64,000 nt of DNA from Shigella phage SH7. Made by a program: the position numbers and the translations under genes. Within the stretch, counting starts at the first letter, position 1; every line of letters starts with the position of its first letter. Shown here piece after piece: positions 19,607 through 27,963 of the stretch. The notes under the pieces were generated by a model. The model was not told the origin of the DNA and did no database searches. It worked only from the letters and a program-made list of their open reading frames with translations. The stretch is from the sequence record KX828711; one strand, 5' to 3'.

Positions 19607-20064
19607 TCAGCCTTATATTCAATAACAGGACATACTTTAGCTTTACGAGATTTTAAAAATTCAACGATAATCGATTTCTTGGGTTGAATAGGAGGTAAAC
19701 CTTTATACGCTCTATCAATATTTTCTACGTGTAAAGCATAATCCTTTTTCCATTTATAATCTTTATATTTTTCACGCAAATGTGCAGGAATAACAAATGA
19801 ACCGATAATAAGTAAAACAACCAAAAGCGCAAGTATAAATGCTGATGGAAGCAAAGTCCATAAACTACCAAAAATAAGCCAACGTTGTAGGCTTTCTGCA
19901 CAAATAATTGTTAGCCCTACGAGTATAGCACATCCAAAAATAGAAACGAAAAATGTAGGAATGGCAATAGACCAAAAATATGCGCATAGTGTCTTAGGTC
20001 GTTGCCATTCATCGTTAAACAATTTGAATAATTTATAGTGCCAAGAGTTTTCATTAATAATCAT
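19603..20064 (-). CDS. membrane protein (2-3 TM)
   Basis: 153 aa with long hydrophobic segments; 4-nt overlap with the nucleotidyltransferase gene start. Confidence 0.6.
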   Translation of the reverse strand: MIINENSWHYKLFKLFNDEWQRPKTLCAYFWSIAIPTFFVSIFGCAILVGLTIICAESLQRWLIFGSLWTLLPSAFILALLVVLLIIGSFVIPAHLREKYKDYKWKKDYALHVENIDRAYKGLPPIQPKKSIIVEFLKSRKAKVCPVIEYKAE

Positions 20065-20066
20065 AA

Positions 20067-20588
20067 TTATCCTTTCATTGAAGGCGTAACAGTTGTTAAA
20101 TACTTAATCATAGCTTCAGCTTCTGATTTTGATAATGAAATTTCTCCATTGTTTTGACGAATAGAAATAAAATCCGGATGACGGTCACCACCAGCTTTTA
20201 AAACACACATATAAGTATCAACTTCATCTTCAATATTTGAAATGATTGAAGCAGTTCCACATGAATGCGGTTTTTGATAAATCAATGCAGCTTTTCTTCC
20301 GCCATTTGACTGTTCATAAACTTTTAATACATCAAACAAATCACTTCTTTTATCAATAGCTAAAATGTTATTTTCATCTTCAATGTTAAATCCTTCGGAT
20401 ACTTCATAAAGTGTCACCCATAAATCGCCAATATCAATAACAGCGTTCACTTTTCCATGACTTTCAAGAGCATGACAAATTTTCTTGATTTCGTCATAAC
20501 TCATTTTAATAATATCATCTCCTTGAATAAGAAAGATGTCATTTTTAAATTCAACACGAATTAAACCACTTCCACTTGAAATAAACAT
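20067..20588 (-). CDS. hypothetical protein, tandem paralog A
   Basis: 173 aa; shares GFNIE and C-terminal KxYLxxVxPxM blocks with the next gene. Confidence 0.6.
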   Translation of the reverse strand: MFISSGSGLIRVEFKNDIFLIQGDDIIKMSYDEIKKICHALESHGKVNAVIDIGDLWVTLYEVSEGFNIEDENNILAIDKRSDLFDVLKVYEQSNGGRKAALIYQKPHSCGTASIISNIEDEVDTYMCVLKAGGDRHPDFISIRQNNGEISLSKSEAEAMIKYLTTVTPSMKG

Positions 20589-20594
20589 ATTTCC

Positions 20595-21140
20595 TCACTT
20601 TGAAATCATAGTTGGAATGACAGAATCAAGATAAGTCTTTAGTGCAATAGCTTCGTCTTTGGTAAATGTGACAATATGTGCTCGAAAATCATCAATTTGA
20701 CGAATAGTTAAGACATCTCCATCTTCATAACATTTTGATACGTTTAAAACAGTTTCATCATTCTGATCGCAAGCGTTAGTAATAATAGCATTGCAATTTT
20801 TAAACCATTTTAAACTATGTTTTCTTTCATTAGAATAATAAAAATATTTAATCTTATCTATAAAACTATCCCAATGGATAACTGATAAGCATATTGACTC
20901 GCTTTCAATATTAAATCCTGGGCATGAAGAATAAAAATGAATTTTATGCTCATCATTAATGCTTACAATTTTATCAGTATAAGGATTTTCAATTTTGGTT
21001 AAATGAATGATTTCACTAGGCGTAAAATACAGCATATCGTCTTCTTGTGTCAAACGATACATATTATTTACTTTTTCTATAGCCAATTCACCAAAAAGTG
21101 AACTAACTTCTAATACTAATCGTTTCGCCGCTACCGTCAT
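20595..21140 (-). CDS. hypothetical protein, tandem paralog B
   Basis: 181 aa; paralog of 20067-20588. Confidence 0.6.
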   Translation of the reverse strand: MTVAAKRLVLEVSSLFGELAIEKVNNMYRLTQEDDMLYFTPSEIIHLTKIENPYTDKIVSINDEHKIHFYSSCPGFNIESESICLSVIHWDSFIDKIKYFYYSNERKHSLKWFKNCNAIITNACDQNDETVLNVSKCYEDGDVLTIRQIDDFRAHIVTFTKDEAIALKTYLDSVIPTMISK

Positions 21141-21272
21141 TACATACTCCTCTGAATCATATCAATAATGTTGTTCACCAGATTATAAGTAAACATTGGG
21201 TAATTATATTGAATCACCACATACACAACAAACAAAACTTTCATTCTCTTCTCCTTGGCAGTTGACAAGATT

Positions 21273-21302
21273 ACTATACCATAACCTTGCCAACTTGTAA
21301 AC
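21273..21302 (-). promoter_or_regulatory. early-type promoter (GTTTACA..TATAGT)
   Basis: Reverse complement GTTTACAagttggcaaggttatggTATAGT; flanked by imperfect inverted repeat TTGGCAG/TTGCCAA. Confidence 0.55.
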
Positions 21303-21467
21303 CATTAAATGACGTTTTCGATAAAATTCTGAAGCTTTGTATGAGCATCAACCATGATTTTCATTTCTTCCTTTGCGAAAGCTGTACCTCTTTCACGAGA
21401 AGAACATTCATAGTCAGAAACTGCATTAGCATATTCTTCAATTAGCTTCATTAAAAACATCTGCTTT

Positions 21468-21662
21468 TCAGTTTTCATTATTCCACCTAATCATTTCAAG
21501 ATATTGAACTAACTTAGCTTTGGATTTATCCAAATCCTTTTTAGCTGCTTCTATACCGTCGTATGAATATCCTTCACAATGCTCAACTGCTAATTGATAT
21601 GAATCTATTTCAATATCACGTGCTAATTTAATGATTTTTTCAAACTGTTCGCGTGTTAGCAT
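21468..21662 (-). CDS. hypothetical small acidic protein
   Basis: 64-aa ORF. Confidence 0.45.
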   Translation of the reverse strand: MLTREQFEKIIKLARDIEIDSYQLAVEHCEGYSYDGIEAAKKDLDKSKAKLVQYLEMIRWNNEN

Positions 21663-21664
21663 AC

Positions 21665-21868
21665 TTAAACTCTCGTATTATGATCGATAATTTCATCAAG
21701 AAACATATCTAACGCTTCTACAGCATTATTAACTTTATCTTCAAGTTCTTCAATACTTTTATTTGCAATGCCTGACGAAAACCAAGCAAAGTCACTAAGT
21801 TCCTCATCTGCTTTACGAATTAAAGCTACCAATTCCTTAATTTTATCCGCTTGTTCGATACTAATCAT
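21665..21868 (-). CDS. hypothetical small acidic protein
   Basis: Start at the internal Met (MISIEQ) with TAATG overlap to the upstream stop. Confidence 0.45.
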   Translation of the reverse strand: MISIEQADKIKELVALIRKADEELSDFAWFSSGIANKSIEELEDKVNNAVEALDMFLDEIIDHNTRV

Positions 21869-22056
21869 TATTCCACCACATATGAAAGAGAGAATATTGC
21901 ACACGCCATGTGAGTTGCAACTTCATCACACATATTATAACGTTTCTTAAGAAATTCTACAAGTTCTTCACTAGTAACTTCATCCATGTCGACGAAAAAA
22001 TCACCATTAATGATGACGTAGATATTTCCTTCTTGATTAAGTGCTTCAATTTTCAT
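21868..22056 (-). CDS. hypothetical small protein
   Basis: 62 aa from MKIEALNQ; the ORF extension GTIQLS is promoter sequence. Confidence 0.45.
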   Translation of the reverse strand: MKIEALNQEGNIYVIINGDFFVDMDEVTSEELVEFLKKRYNMCDEVATHMACAIFSLSYVVE

Positions 22057-22084
22057 GATGTTCTCCTCTTTATCCGATAGTTGT

Positions 22085-22114
22085 ATAGTACCACAGCTCA
22101 AACGGAAAGTAAAC
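22085..22114 (-). promoter_or_regulatory. early-type promoter (GTTTAC..TACTAT)
   Basis: Same ~20-nt core (gatagttgtatagtacc) as the promoters at 16812 and 33922. Confidence 0.55.
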
Positions 22115-22130
22115 CGGTAAAATGAAAAAA

Positions 22131-22146
22131 GTCTCCCGAAGGAGAC
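22131..22146 (-). terminator. rho-independent terminator with UUCG tetraloop
   Basis: GTCTCC-CGAA-GGAGAC followed by UUUUUU on the minus strand, just after the 22152 stop. Confidence 0.7.
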
Positions 22147-22151
22147 TAATG

Positions 22152-22538
22152 TTATTCGAGGGAAAGAAGATACTTACTCTGGTAAAACATTCCAGTAATA
22201 TCATCTATCGTGCTTTGGATGGCTGGAGGCATTTCTTTATAAATGCTGTTAGATTGGTCTAGTATGTGATCAATCATTTTAATTGTGTCGGTAGGAAGTT
22301 TACTGGCATCTGGAATTGAAGGTGTGTATTTTCTACCAGAATACCCCAAATATTGCTCACCAAATTTATCAATCAAATCTGGCAACTCGGAGAAAATAAA
22401 ATCGTATGCTTTGTGTCTAGCATAACTTTTAGTTTCAAAATGTGCAGAATGAAAATAAGCTTGTGCAGCCATTAATAAACCTAAGTATTCATCTGCCTTT
22501 GAAGGTTTTCCACTTTGTGAAAAGTCGCTGAATTTCAT
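22152..22538 (-). CDS. hypothetical protein
   Basis: 128-aa ORF overlapping the rI-like gene stop by 4 nt. Confidence 0.55.
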   Translation of the reverse strand: MKFSDFSQSGKPSKADEYLGLLMAAQAYFHSAHFETKSYARHKAYDFIFSELPDLIDKFGEQYLGYSGRKYTPSIPDASKLPTDTIKMIDHILDQSNSIYKEMPPAIQSTIDDITGMFYQSKYLLSLE

Positions 22539-22828
22539 TCAGTCTCCAATTTAATGTTCATAATTCTAGCGTATGATTGTGCCATCTCCGCGCCTCGTTC
22601 TATACATTCAAAATCAGAAGAGCACGGGTCATTTTTATAGGTCGTTCTCATAAAACTATAGAATTGTTCAGACGATTCTACGCTTTTATTTTCAAAAAGC
22701 ATATAAACGTGCCTAATACCAGATTCCATAAATTTATCAAAATGAGGATCGACATTCGCTTCAATCGATGGAGATAAAACAAATGACAATCCTAGCATGG
22801 CAAATAGTGCCGTTGCTTTTAAGGCCAT
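22535..22828 (-). CDS. rI: lysis-inhibition antiholin RI-like periplasmic protein
   Basis: 97 aa with N-terminal signal/SAR-like segment ALFAMLGLSFVLSPSIEA; adjacent to tk as rI is in T4. Confidence 0.65.
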   Translation of the reverse strand: MALKATALFAMLGLSFVLSPSIEANVDPHFDKFMESGIRHVYMLFENKSVESSEQFYSFMRTTYKNDPCSSDFECIERGAEMAQSYARIMNIKLETE

Positions 22829-22840
22829 AAAGGCCTCCTA

Positions 22841-23053
22841 TCATTTTTGTCCTGTATTTACTTTATGCCGATGCACGGCCTTAACTTTATCAAGGTATTT
22901 TTCAAAATTTCGCAATCTAGTATAGTCTGCCGGAGATTGGTTGAGTGATACTTCTCGACGCAAAGCTGAAATAACATTTCCAACTTCCCTACGAATTTCA
23001 TCTAATTGAAGCACAGTAAGATTGCGAAGTTGCTTTTCAGTTAATTGTAACAT
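22841..23053 (-). CDS. hypothetical small protein
   Basis: 70-aa ORF between rI and tk. Confidence 0.5.
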   Translation of the reverse strand: MLQLTEKQLRNLTVLQLDEIRREVGNVISALRREVSLNQSPADYTRLRNFEKYLDKVKAVHRHKVNTGQK

Positions 23054-23095
23054 ATATACCCCTTTAGTTAGATAAACCTATTTATAACTTTTGCA

Positions 23096-23677
23096 CTAAC
23101 CGAGCTTTTTAGTTAATTCATTCCAATGTTTTCTACACAAAGAAACATAAATTTCATCGCCAATACAGATTTGATTACCCTCTTTAACTGGTGTTCCATC
23201 TTCCATTAATCGAGCTGTCATAATCGCTTTTTTACCACAATGACAAACTGCCTTTAGTTCAATAAGTTTATCTGCAATCGCTAAAAGTTCTTTAGAACCT
23301 TCAAACAATTTTCCAGCGAAATCAGTCCTTAATCCATAAGCCATAACAGGAACATTATATGTATCAACAATTCGGCTCAATTGATGCACCTGTTCAGTTT
23401 TTAAAAACTGAGCTTCATCTACAAATACGCAATGAATATCTTTTTGTGCTTCAGCCCATTTATAGAACTCGAAAATATCCATATCATCTGTAATAATATT
23501 CGCTTCCTGCTTAATTCCAATGCGAGAAACGACTTCACAGACAGAATCGCGAGTATCAATAGCAGGCTTAAGAACTAATACACTCATTCCACGTTCTTTA
23601 TAATTATGTGCAGCAGTCAAAAGAGAAGCAGATTTTCCAGCATTCATTGCTGCATAAGTAAAAATTAAACTCGCCAT
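23096..23677 (-). CDS. tk: thymidine kinase
   Basis: 193 aa; P-loop MNAGKS and zinc-binding Cys pairs (CHCG..CRKH) typical of TK1-type kinases. Confidence 0.9.
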   Translation of the reverse strand: MASLIFTYAAMNAGKSASLLTAAHNYKERGMSVLVLKPAIDTRDSVCEVVSRIGIKQEANIITDDMDIFEFYKWAEAQKDIHCVFVDEAQFLKTEQVHQLSRIVDTYNVPVMAYGLRTDFAGKLFEGSKELLAIADKLIELKAVCHCGKKAIMTARLMEDGTPVKEGNQICIGDEIYVSLCRKHWNELTKKLG

Positions 23678-23678
23678 C

Positions 23679-23867
23679 TTAGTCCTTAGTTAAATTTTCT
23701 AAATATGTTTCTAAATCATTTTCAACTTTATCGATAGATTTTACTAATTCGTAATATGTTTCGGCATCTCCATATTCAGAAGATATTTCAAAAGACAAAT
23801 CCTTTTCTAAACTAATAATTTCACCAACTAAAAATAATATTTCGTTCTTTTGTTCGCGAGTAATCAT
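23679..23867 (-). CDS. hypothetical small acidic protein
   Basis: 62-aa ORF. Confidence 0.5.
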   Translation of the reverse strand: MITREQKNEILFLVGEIISLEKDLSFEISSEYGDAETYYELVKSIDKVENDLETYLENLTKD

Positions 23868-24049
23868 AAGGAATTTATATAATTAATAAGTTCTTGTTCT
23901 TTATTATCGAATTCTTTAGAAAGTTCTTCGTACTCGTTTGCACTAAAAGGACCGCATTCATTACAAACTTTTTCCAATTCACTATTTTTATCCATAACTT
24001 CGTGGATAAGAGAAAAGAGTTTGTCTTTTTGTTCTTTGCTTAGGCTCAT
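23864..24049 (-). CDS. hypothetical small acidic protein
   Basis: 61-aa ORF, weakly similar to the preceding one. Confidence 0.5.
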   Translation of the reverse strand: MSLSKEQKDKLFSLIHEVMDKNSELEKVCNECGPFSANEYEELSKEFDNKEQELINYINSL

Positions 24050-24215
24050 ATATTAATTTCCAGAAGTTTTAAAATAATTCGCTTTTGCTTAAATATTTCC
24101 ACAGTTAAATGATCAGTATCTTTTTGACCAATTCCAATGGCAAAACCTTTATTAACAGCGAGTTCAATTAAATTATCAAGTTCACGTAACACTTCATATT
24201 GTAACTCAGAACTAT

Positions 24216-24428
24216 TCATTTCGGTTTACCTTCTTTAACGAAATCTGGATAAGGATAAAATCCCGAATAAAATCCTTCACCTTTATGATTGATGCATCCT
24301 TTATTAGAACAATAGCACCAATAATCGAAATCACAAACCATTTCATCGTTGCATAAAGCAAAAACAACCGGCCATTTACACTTTTCACAGTGGGCATTTT
24401 TAAGAATACTAGTTTGGCTCATAACCAT
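24216..24428 (-). CDS. Cys-rich small protein (probable zinc binding)
   Basis: 70 aa with 9 Cys including CEKC and CYCSNKGC. Confidence 0.5.
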   Translation of the reverse strand: MVMSQTSILKNAHCEKCKWPVVFALCNDEMVCDFDYWCYCSNKGCINHKGEGFYSGFYPYPDFVKEGKPK

Positions 24429-24646
24429 GTCACCTTTAAGCAGTATTCTTCTACATGCTGTTTACGACCTTTCTTATCAATAAAGGTATATTCAACGAAT
24501 GTTCCAATGTAGTCTTTATCTACATCATGTGGACTATTAATTGGACATTTAGTACGGCAAATGCGTTCCCATTGACGAATAATTACTGCCTTATTCTTTG
24601 GGTCATACGGATGTGGATAATGTATATTCATAATAACGGTTCCCAA
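24419..24646 (-). CDS. hypothetical small protein
   Basis: 75-aa ORF with Cys pair CRTKC. Confidence 0.5.
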   Translation of the reverse strand: MGTVIMNIHYPHPYDPKNKAVIIRQWERICRTKCPINSPHDVDKDYIGTFVEYTFIDKKGRKQHVEEYCLKVTWL

Positions 24647-25095
24647 TCAACAATCACAATTTCTAATTTAGAGGAATATGTATCTAAAATCCCCTCAATA
24701 ATATCCCAGTTCCCTTTACCTATGCCTGCTCCAATCCTAGGCATATAAATTGTAGGTTTAATCAGTTTATTTTCACCAAACTCATTTAATTCTAACATAC
24801 AATTCATTAAAGCGGAATACTCAAAATTTGGCCCTGGTTGAAATTGAGTATAAAGATTAAAGCAATACGCTTTATGAGTCCTAAAGTATTTTTCATAGAC
24901 TGAGTAAGAACCGAGTTTAGTTACATCACCCCATTCAGTCTGTAATTTATCAGCTTCCAAAATTTTAGGGAAAGCTTTGGTTAATTGACCTGCGACTCCA
25001 GCTTTCATCGCGTGAAAACAATTACATCCATGCGCAATATTTTTACCTTCAGCGAAAAGGGCGACAATATCGCCCTTGATATATTTTACAATCAT
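24628..25095 (-). CDS. macro-domain (ADP-ribose binding/processing) protein
   Basis: 155 aa; GDI..AHGCNCFHAMKAGVAG and IGAGIGKG blocks resemble macro-domain signatures. Confidence 0.55.
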   Translation of the reverse strand: MIVKYIKGDIVALFAEGKNIAHGCNCFHAMKAGVAGQLTKAFPKILEADKLQTEWGDVTKLGSYSVYEKYFRTHKAYCFNLYTQFQPGPNFEYSALMNCMLELNEFGENKLIKPTIYMPRIGAGIGKGNWDIIEGILDTYSSKLEIVIVDWEPLL

Positions 25096-25439
25096 CTAGT
25101 ACTCAATCCTCGATTATAAGAATCTACCAAACGGTCAACCATTGAATGACAAGCGGCTTTATCTTTCTCCTCCGCAACTGAACATTCTAAGGTATTCCAC
25201 TTTTTAGCATATCGTTTTAATAATGTATCGTTTTTGTATCTACTTGATTTATCTCTTTCTCCGTCTTTATATGCATATATTAATTTCTGTGCAAATTCAG
25301 CTTGACATGCTTTATTTTTCCCACAATAATCTGCCGCAGTGCGGTTTACATATTCTCTAATTTCAGTATATGATGTATCTGCTGATGCAGAAGCAGAAAA
25401 TGAAATTAATCCTATACATAAAACCAAAATTTTAGTCAT
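25092..25439 (-). CDS. secreted small protein (signal peptide)
   Basis: 115 aa; N-terminal signal peptide ending ASASA; 4 Cys. Confidence 0.6.
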   Translation of the reverse strand: MTKILVLCIGLISFSASASADTSYTEIREYVNRTAADYCGKNKACQAEFAQKLIYAYKDGERDKSSRYKNDTLLKRYAKKWNTLECSVAEEKDKAACHSMVDRLVDSYNRGLSTR

Positions 25440-25977
25440 TTACTATTTCCAAAAGTTTATTATTTTTAAGGTAATTAGCCTTTTCTAGGACTTCAGAAGC
25501 ATATTTAGAACCAGCTTTAACATTCCATCCCGAATTATAAGAGGATATTGCTTTTCTTATATCGCCCTTATGTATATTTAACCAATAAGAAAGTTCAATG
25601 TACGCCCAGGAAGCTGAATTGGATCGTTTATTCAACATTCTTTTTATTTCAGCATCGGTCATATTATAACCAAGTTCCTTAACTCTTGCTCGCATAGTAG
25701 GCAAATAATTTTGGAACATTCCGTAGGCGTGATGCTTTGGTTTAGATTTTAAATTAACTCCGCCAGAGCTTTCTTGCCATAAAATAGCAGCCATTATATG
25801 ACCTAATCCGCTCTTGTGGATATTTTTGTGTGTTTTATATTTTCCATCCTTAGAAAATTGTTCCCCGAATTGATACGCGTAACGCATGTTATCGAGTTGG
25901 ACATTACTGAAAGTATGCTCGGAGCTATGTGCCATCATTGAAATGGCCAATAGACCAGCGAGTAGTGCTTTTCTCAT
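25432..25977 (-). CDS. secreted lytic transglycosylase-like protein (SLT domain)
   Basis: 181 aa; signal peptide; family-1 motifs E-S (ILWQESSG), GMFQ, YNSG. Confidence 0.7.
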   Translation of the reverse strand: MRKALLAGLLAISMMAHSSEHTFSNVQLDNMRYAYQFGEQFSKDGKYKTHKNIHKSGLGHIMAAILWQESSGGVNLKSKPKHHAYGMFQNYLPTMRARVKELGYNMTDAEIKRMLNKRSNSASWAYIELSYWLNIHKGDIRKAISSYNSGWNVKAGSKYASEVLEKANYLKNNKLLEIVND

Positions 25978-25984
25978 GCTTACC

Positions 25985-26446
25985 TCATTGAGTTTTAATT
26001 ACTGCTTTAGAAGCCTTTCCTGGTAAACGACGACTGTTGATAATTGCCATCCTACATTGAAGTGACGGGTCTTTGAACTTCTCGTTAGGTTTACAAACTG
26101 TAAATCCAAGCCAAAGATTTCCATCTGTGATTTCTAAACGTCCAGGACGATATTCAACCCCATCAATAAAATCCTCGTCAATGTCAGGACGCGGAGGCAT
26201 TCTCAGGAATTCATTAACTTCTAAAACATGGTCTTTTATTTTATGGAATAATTCAAAAACGTATGTCTCATCAATCTCCCGTTGAATTGCACGATCAAGA
26301 AGATGTTGAGAATATTTTAGATGAAACGATGAGACCCCTGCTGCTTTTGATGCCTCACGAATCTCATTGTTAATTTGACGAAACTCCGACTCAAAGTGAC
26401 GACGAAGCTTATTTCGACGGATAAAAACTTCAGTGTTGATAGTCAT
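25985..26446 (-). CDS. regB: RegB site-specific endoribonuclease
   Basis: 153 aa; size and position match T4 RegB; sequence agrees with recollection. Confidence 0.8.
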   Translation of the reverse strand: MTINTEVFIRRNKLRRHFESEFRQINNEIREASKAAGVSSFHLKYSQHLLDRAIQREIDETYVFELFHKIKDHVLEVNEFLRMPPRPDIDEDFIDGVEYRPGRLEITDGNLWLGFTVCKPNEKFKDPSLQCRMAIINSRRLPGKASKAVIKTQ

Positions 26447-26473
26447 GTTATTCTCCTCTTAACTGATAGAAAA

Positions 26474-26503
26474 ATTATACCACAGTCAAGAGGAAAAGTA
26501 AAC
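26474..26503 (-). promoter_or_regulatory. early-type promoter (GTTTAC..TATAAT)
   Basis: Reverse complement GTTTACttttcctcttgactgtggTATAAT upstream of regB. Confidence 0.55.
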
Positions 26504-26505
26504 AG

Positions 26506-26784
26506 TTATTCTTTAAATCTAATCAATTTATTCATAGACTTTGAAACTTCGGCACGAACCTCATGTAGATTTTTGAGCTGTTCAAGACGCTGCGTATAGT
26601 AAGCAATTTCATCTTCTTCGAGACAGTCCTGCGAATCTTCTTTAAGATAACGTGCATAGTCCTGGAAAGCGTTACGGATTACTTCCTGGAAGTCATCAAG
26701 ACTTTGAATTTTCTTAGGAGCAGCAGATACACGACGAGGGGCAGTATAATACTCATAACCAAACCCTGCGCTTAATTGAGCCAT
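26506..26784 (-). CDS. hypothetical protein
   Basis: 92 aa from the Met whose ATG overlaps the upstream stop (TAATG). Confidence 0.5.
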   Translation of the reverse strand: MAQLSAGFGYEYYTAPRRVSAAPKKIQSLDDFQEVIRNAFQDYARYLKEDSQDCLEEDEIAYYTQRLEQLKNLHEVRAEVSKSMNKLIRFKE

Positions 26785-27050
26785 TAGTATTTTTCCTCTG
26801 GTTGGAACACTGCACGACAAGCCCACATACTGGCTTCTTTGAGTTTCGTTTTAGCAATAGTTAACTGATCGAGGCTTTCAGCATAATTCTTCGCGAATTC
26901 ACAGTCTTCACAATTATCTAGTGCTTCCCAGAATTCATCGTATAAAGCGTCAAAGATAAGTCCTAAACGAACTTCAGCGTCTTTGATAGCATTCACTTTA
27001 CCGATTTTCTCTTCAGTATGTGGCTTATAACCCTTAATGTCTTCAATCAT
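26784..27050 (-). CDS. small acidic helical protein; possible Vs.4/Acb2-position protein
   Basis: 88 aa from the Met with GAGGAAG RBS; second gene upstream of regB, where T4 vs.4 lies; assignment by synteny only. Confidence 0.4.
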   Translation of the reverse strand: MIEDIKGYKPHTEEKIGKVNAIKDAEVRLGLIFDALYDEFWEALDNCEDCEFAKNYAESLDQLTIAKTKLKEASMWACRAVFQPEEKY

Positions 27051-27264
27051 ATTTAACTTCCTCACCAGTACATAAATCATATTCAACTAAACGAATAGGT
27101 TCATGAATGCCATATCCCTGAACAGAAATTTCTGTCGTAGGATAAATTCCACTAATATCACCCATATTCCACGCTTCATTAAATTGCTGTTCGCCTGAAT
27201 TACTAAACCATTCTGCGAAAGCATTTAGCACATCTTTAGAACCTTCAATAATTATCTTTGCCAT
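27043..27264 (-). CDS. hypothetical small protein
   Basis: 73-aa ORF; start overlaps the upstream stop. Confidence 0.5.
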   Translation of the reverse strand: MAKIIIEGSKDVLNAFAEWFSNSGEQQFNEAWNMGDISGIYPTTEISVQGYGIHEPIRLVEYDLCTGEEVKYD

Positions 27265-27626
27265 TACAGACTCTCAGTAAAGGTACGAGCGATAACGTCG
27301 CGCTGCTGTTCCGGAGTCAGAGAGTTAAAGCGAACTGCATAACCGGATACACGGATGGTCAGCTGCGGATATTTTTCCGGATGCTTAACTGCATCTTCCA
27401 GAGTTTCACGACGCAGAACGTTAACGTTCAGGTGTTGACCACCTTCAATTTTAACTGTAGGTTGTGTTTCAATTTCAATTTCACGGGCGTGCAAACCATA
27501 GAAAATTTCTGGGTCTACAAAAGAGTCCTCTTTAAAGGTTTTAGAGACAATAATTCGCGCTTGAATACCATCTTCAAAATAAATAGTACCTTTATGCGTG
27601 CCTTCAAGAATTTGATATGCTTTCAT
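27264..27626 (-). CDS. autonomous glycyl-radical cofactor (GrcA/YfiD-like spare-part protein)
   Basis: 120 aa; C-terminal glycyl-radical fingerprint [17 protein letters not shown]. Confidence 0.8.
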   Translation of the reverse strand: MKAYQILEGTHKGTIYFEDGIQARIIVSKTFKEDSFVDPEIFYGLHAREIEIETQPTVKIEGGQHLNVNVLRRETLEDAVKHPEKYPQLTIRVSGYAVRFNSLTPEQQRDVIARTFTESL

Positions 27627-27633
27627 ATAAACC

Positions 27634-27963
27634 TCAATTAGAAAATAAATTTATCCAAGATTGTTCTTTAATTAAAAATGGCTCAGAATCATATGCCATT
27701 AAACTTTGCGTAATTAATCCTTTAAAAGGTCCATCAATAAATTCCATGGTAAAATATGGAATTTTATTCATTAGCCGTGCATTAGGAGCCGTGCACAAAA
27801 CTCTGCATCCTTTGAATACGCCTTTTTGTAATTTGTATTGCTTAGGATAAAATTCACTTAAAATGTTATTTTTTGCCAAAATTTCAAAATGATTCACCAA
27901 TTTATTTTTAATAGTTTTTGGTGAAAAATAAAGATATTCAAAAAGTTGCGCATCTGTCATCAT
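27634..27963 (-). CDS. hypothetical protein
   Basis: Start at internal Met pair with ATGA overlap to the upstream stop. Confidence 0.5.
   Translation of the reverse strand: MMTDAQLFEYLYFSPKTIKNKLVNHFEILAKNNILSEFYPKQYKLQKGVFKGCRVLCTAPNARLMNKIPYFTMEFIDGPFKGLITQSLMAYDSEPFLIKEQSWINLFSN

Noticed and set aside
16808-19687. Plus-strand ORFs 16808-16996, 17816-18055, 18611-18841, 19472-19687 and minus-strand 18943-19137
   Set aside because: Antisense or out-of-frame within better-supported genes.
24212-24748. ORFs 24212-24397 (minus) and 24455-24748 (plus)
   Set aside because: Alternative frames overlapping the Cys-rich and neighbouring small genes; no RBS and poor composition.
26073-27850. Plus-strand ORFs 26073-26285, 26375-26599, 27258-27641, 27617-27850
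   Set aside because: Antisense to regB, the GrcA-like gene and neighbours.
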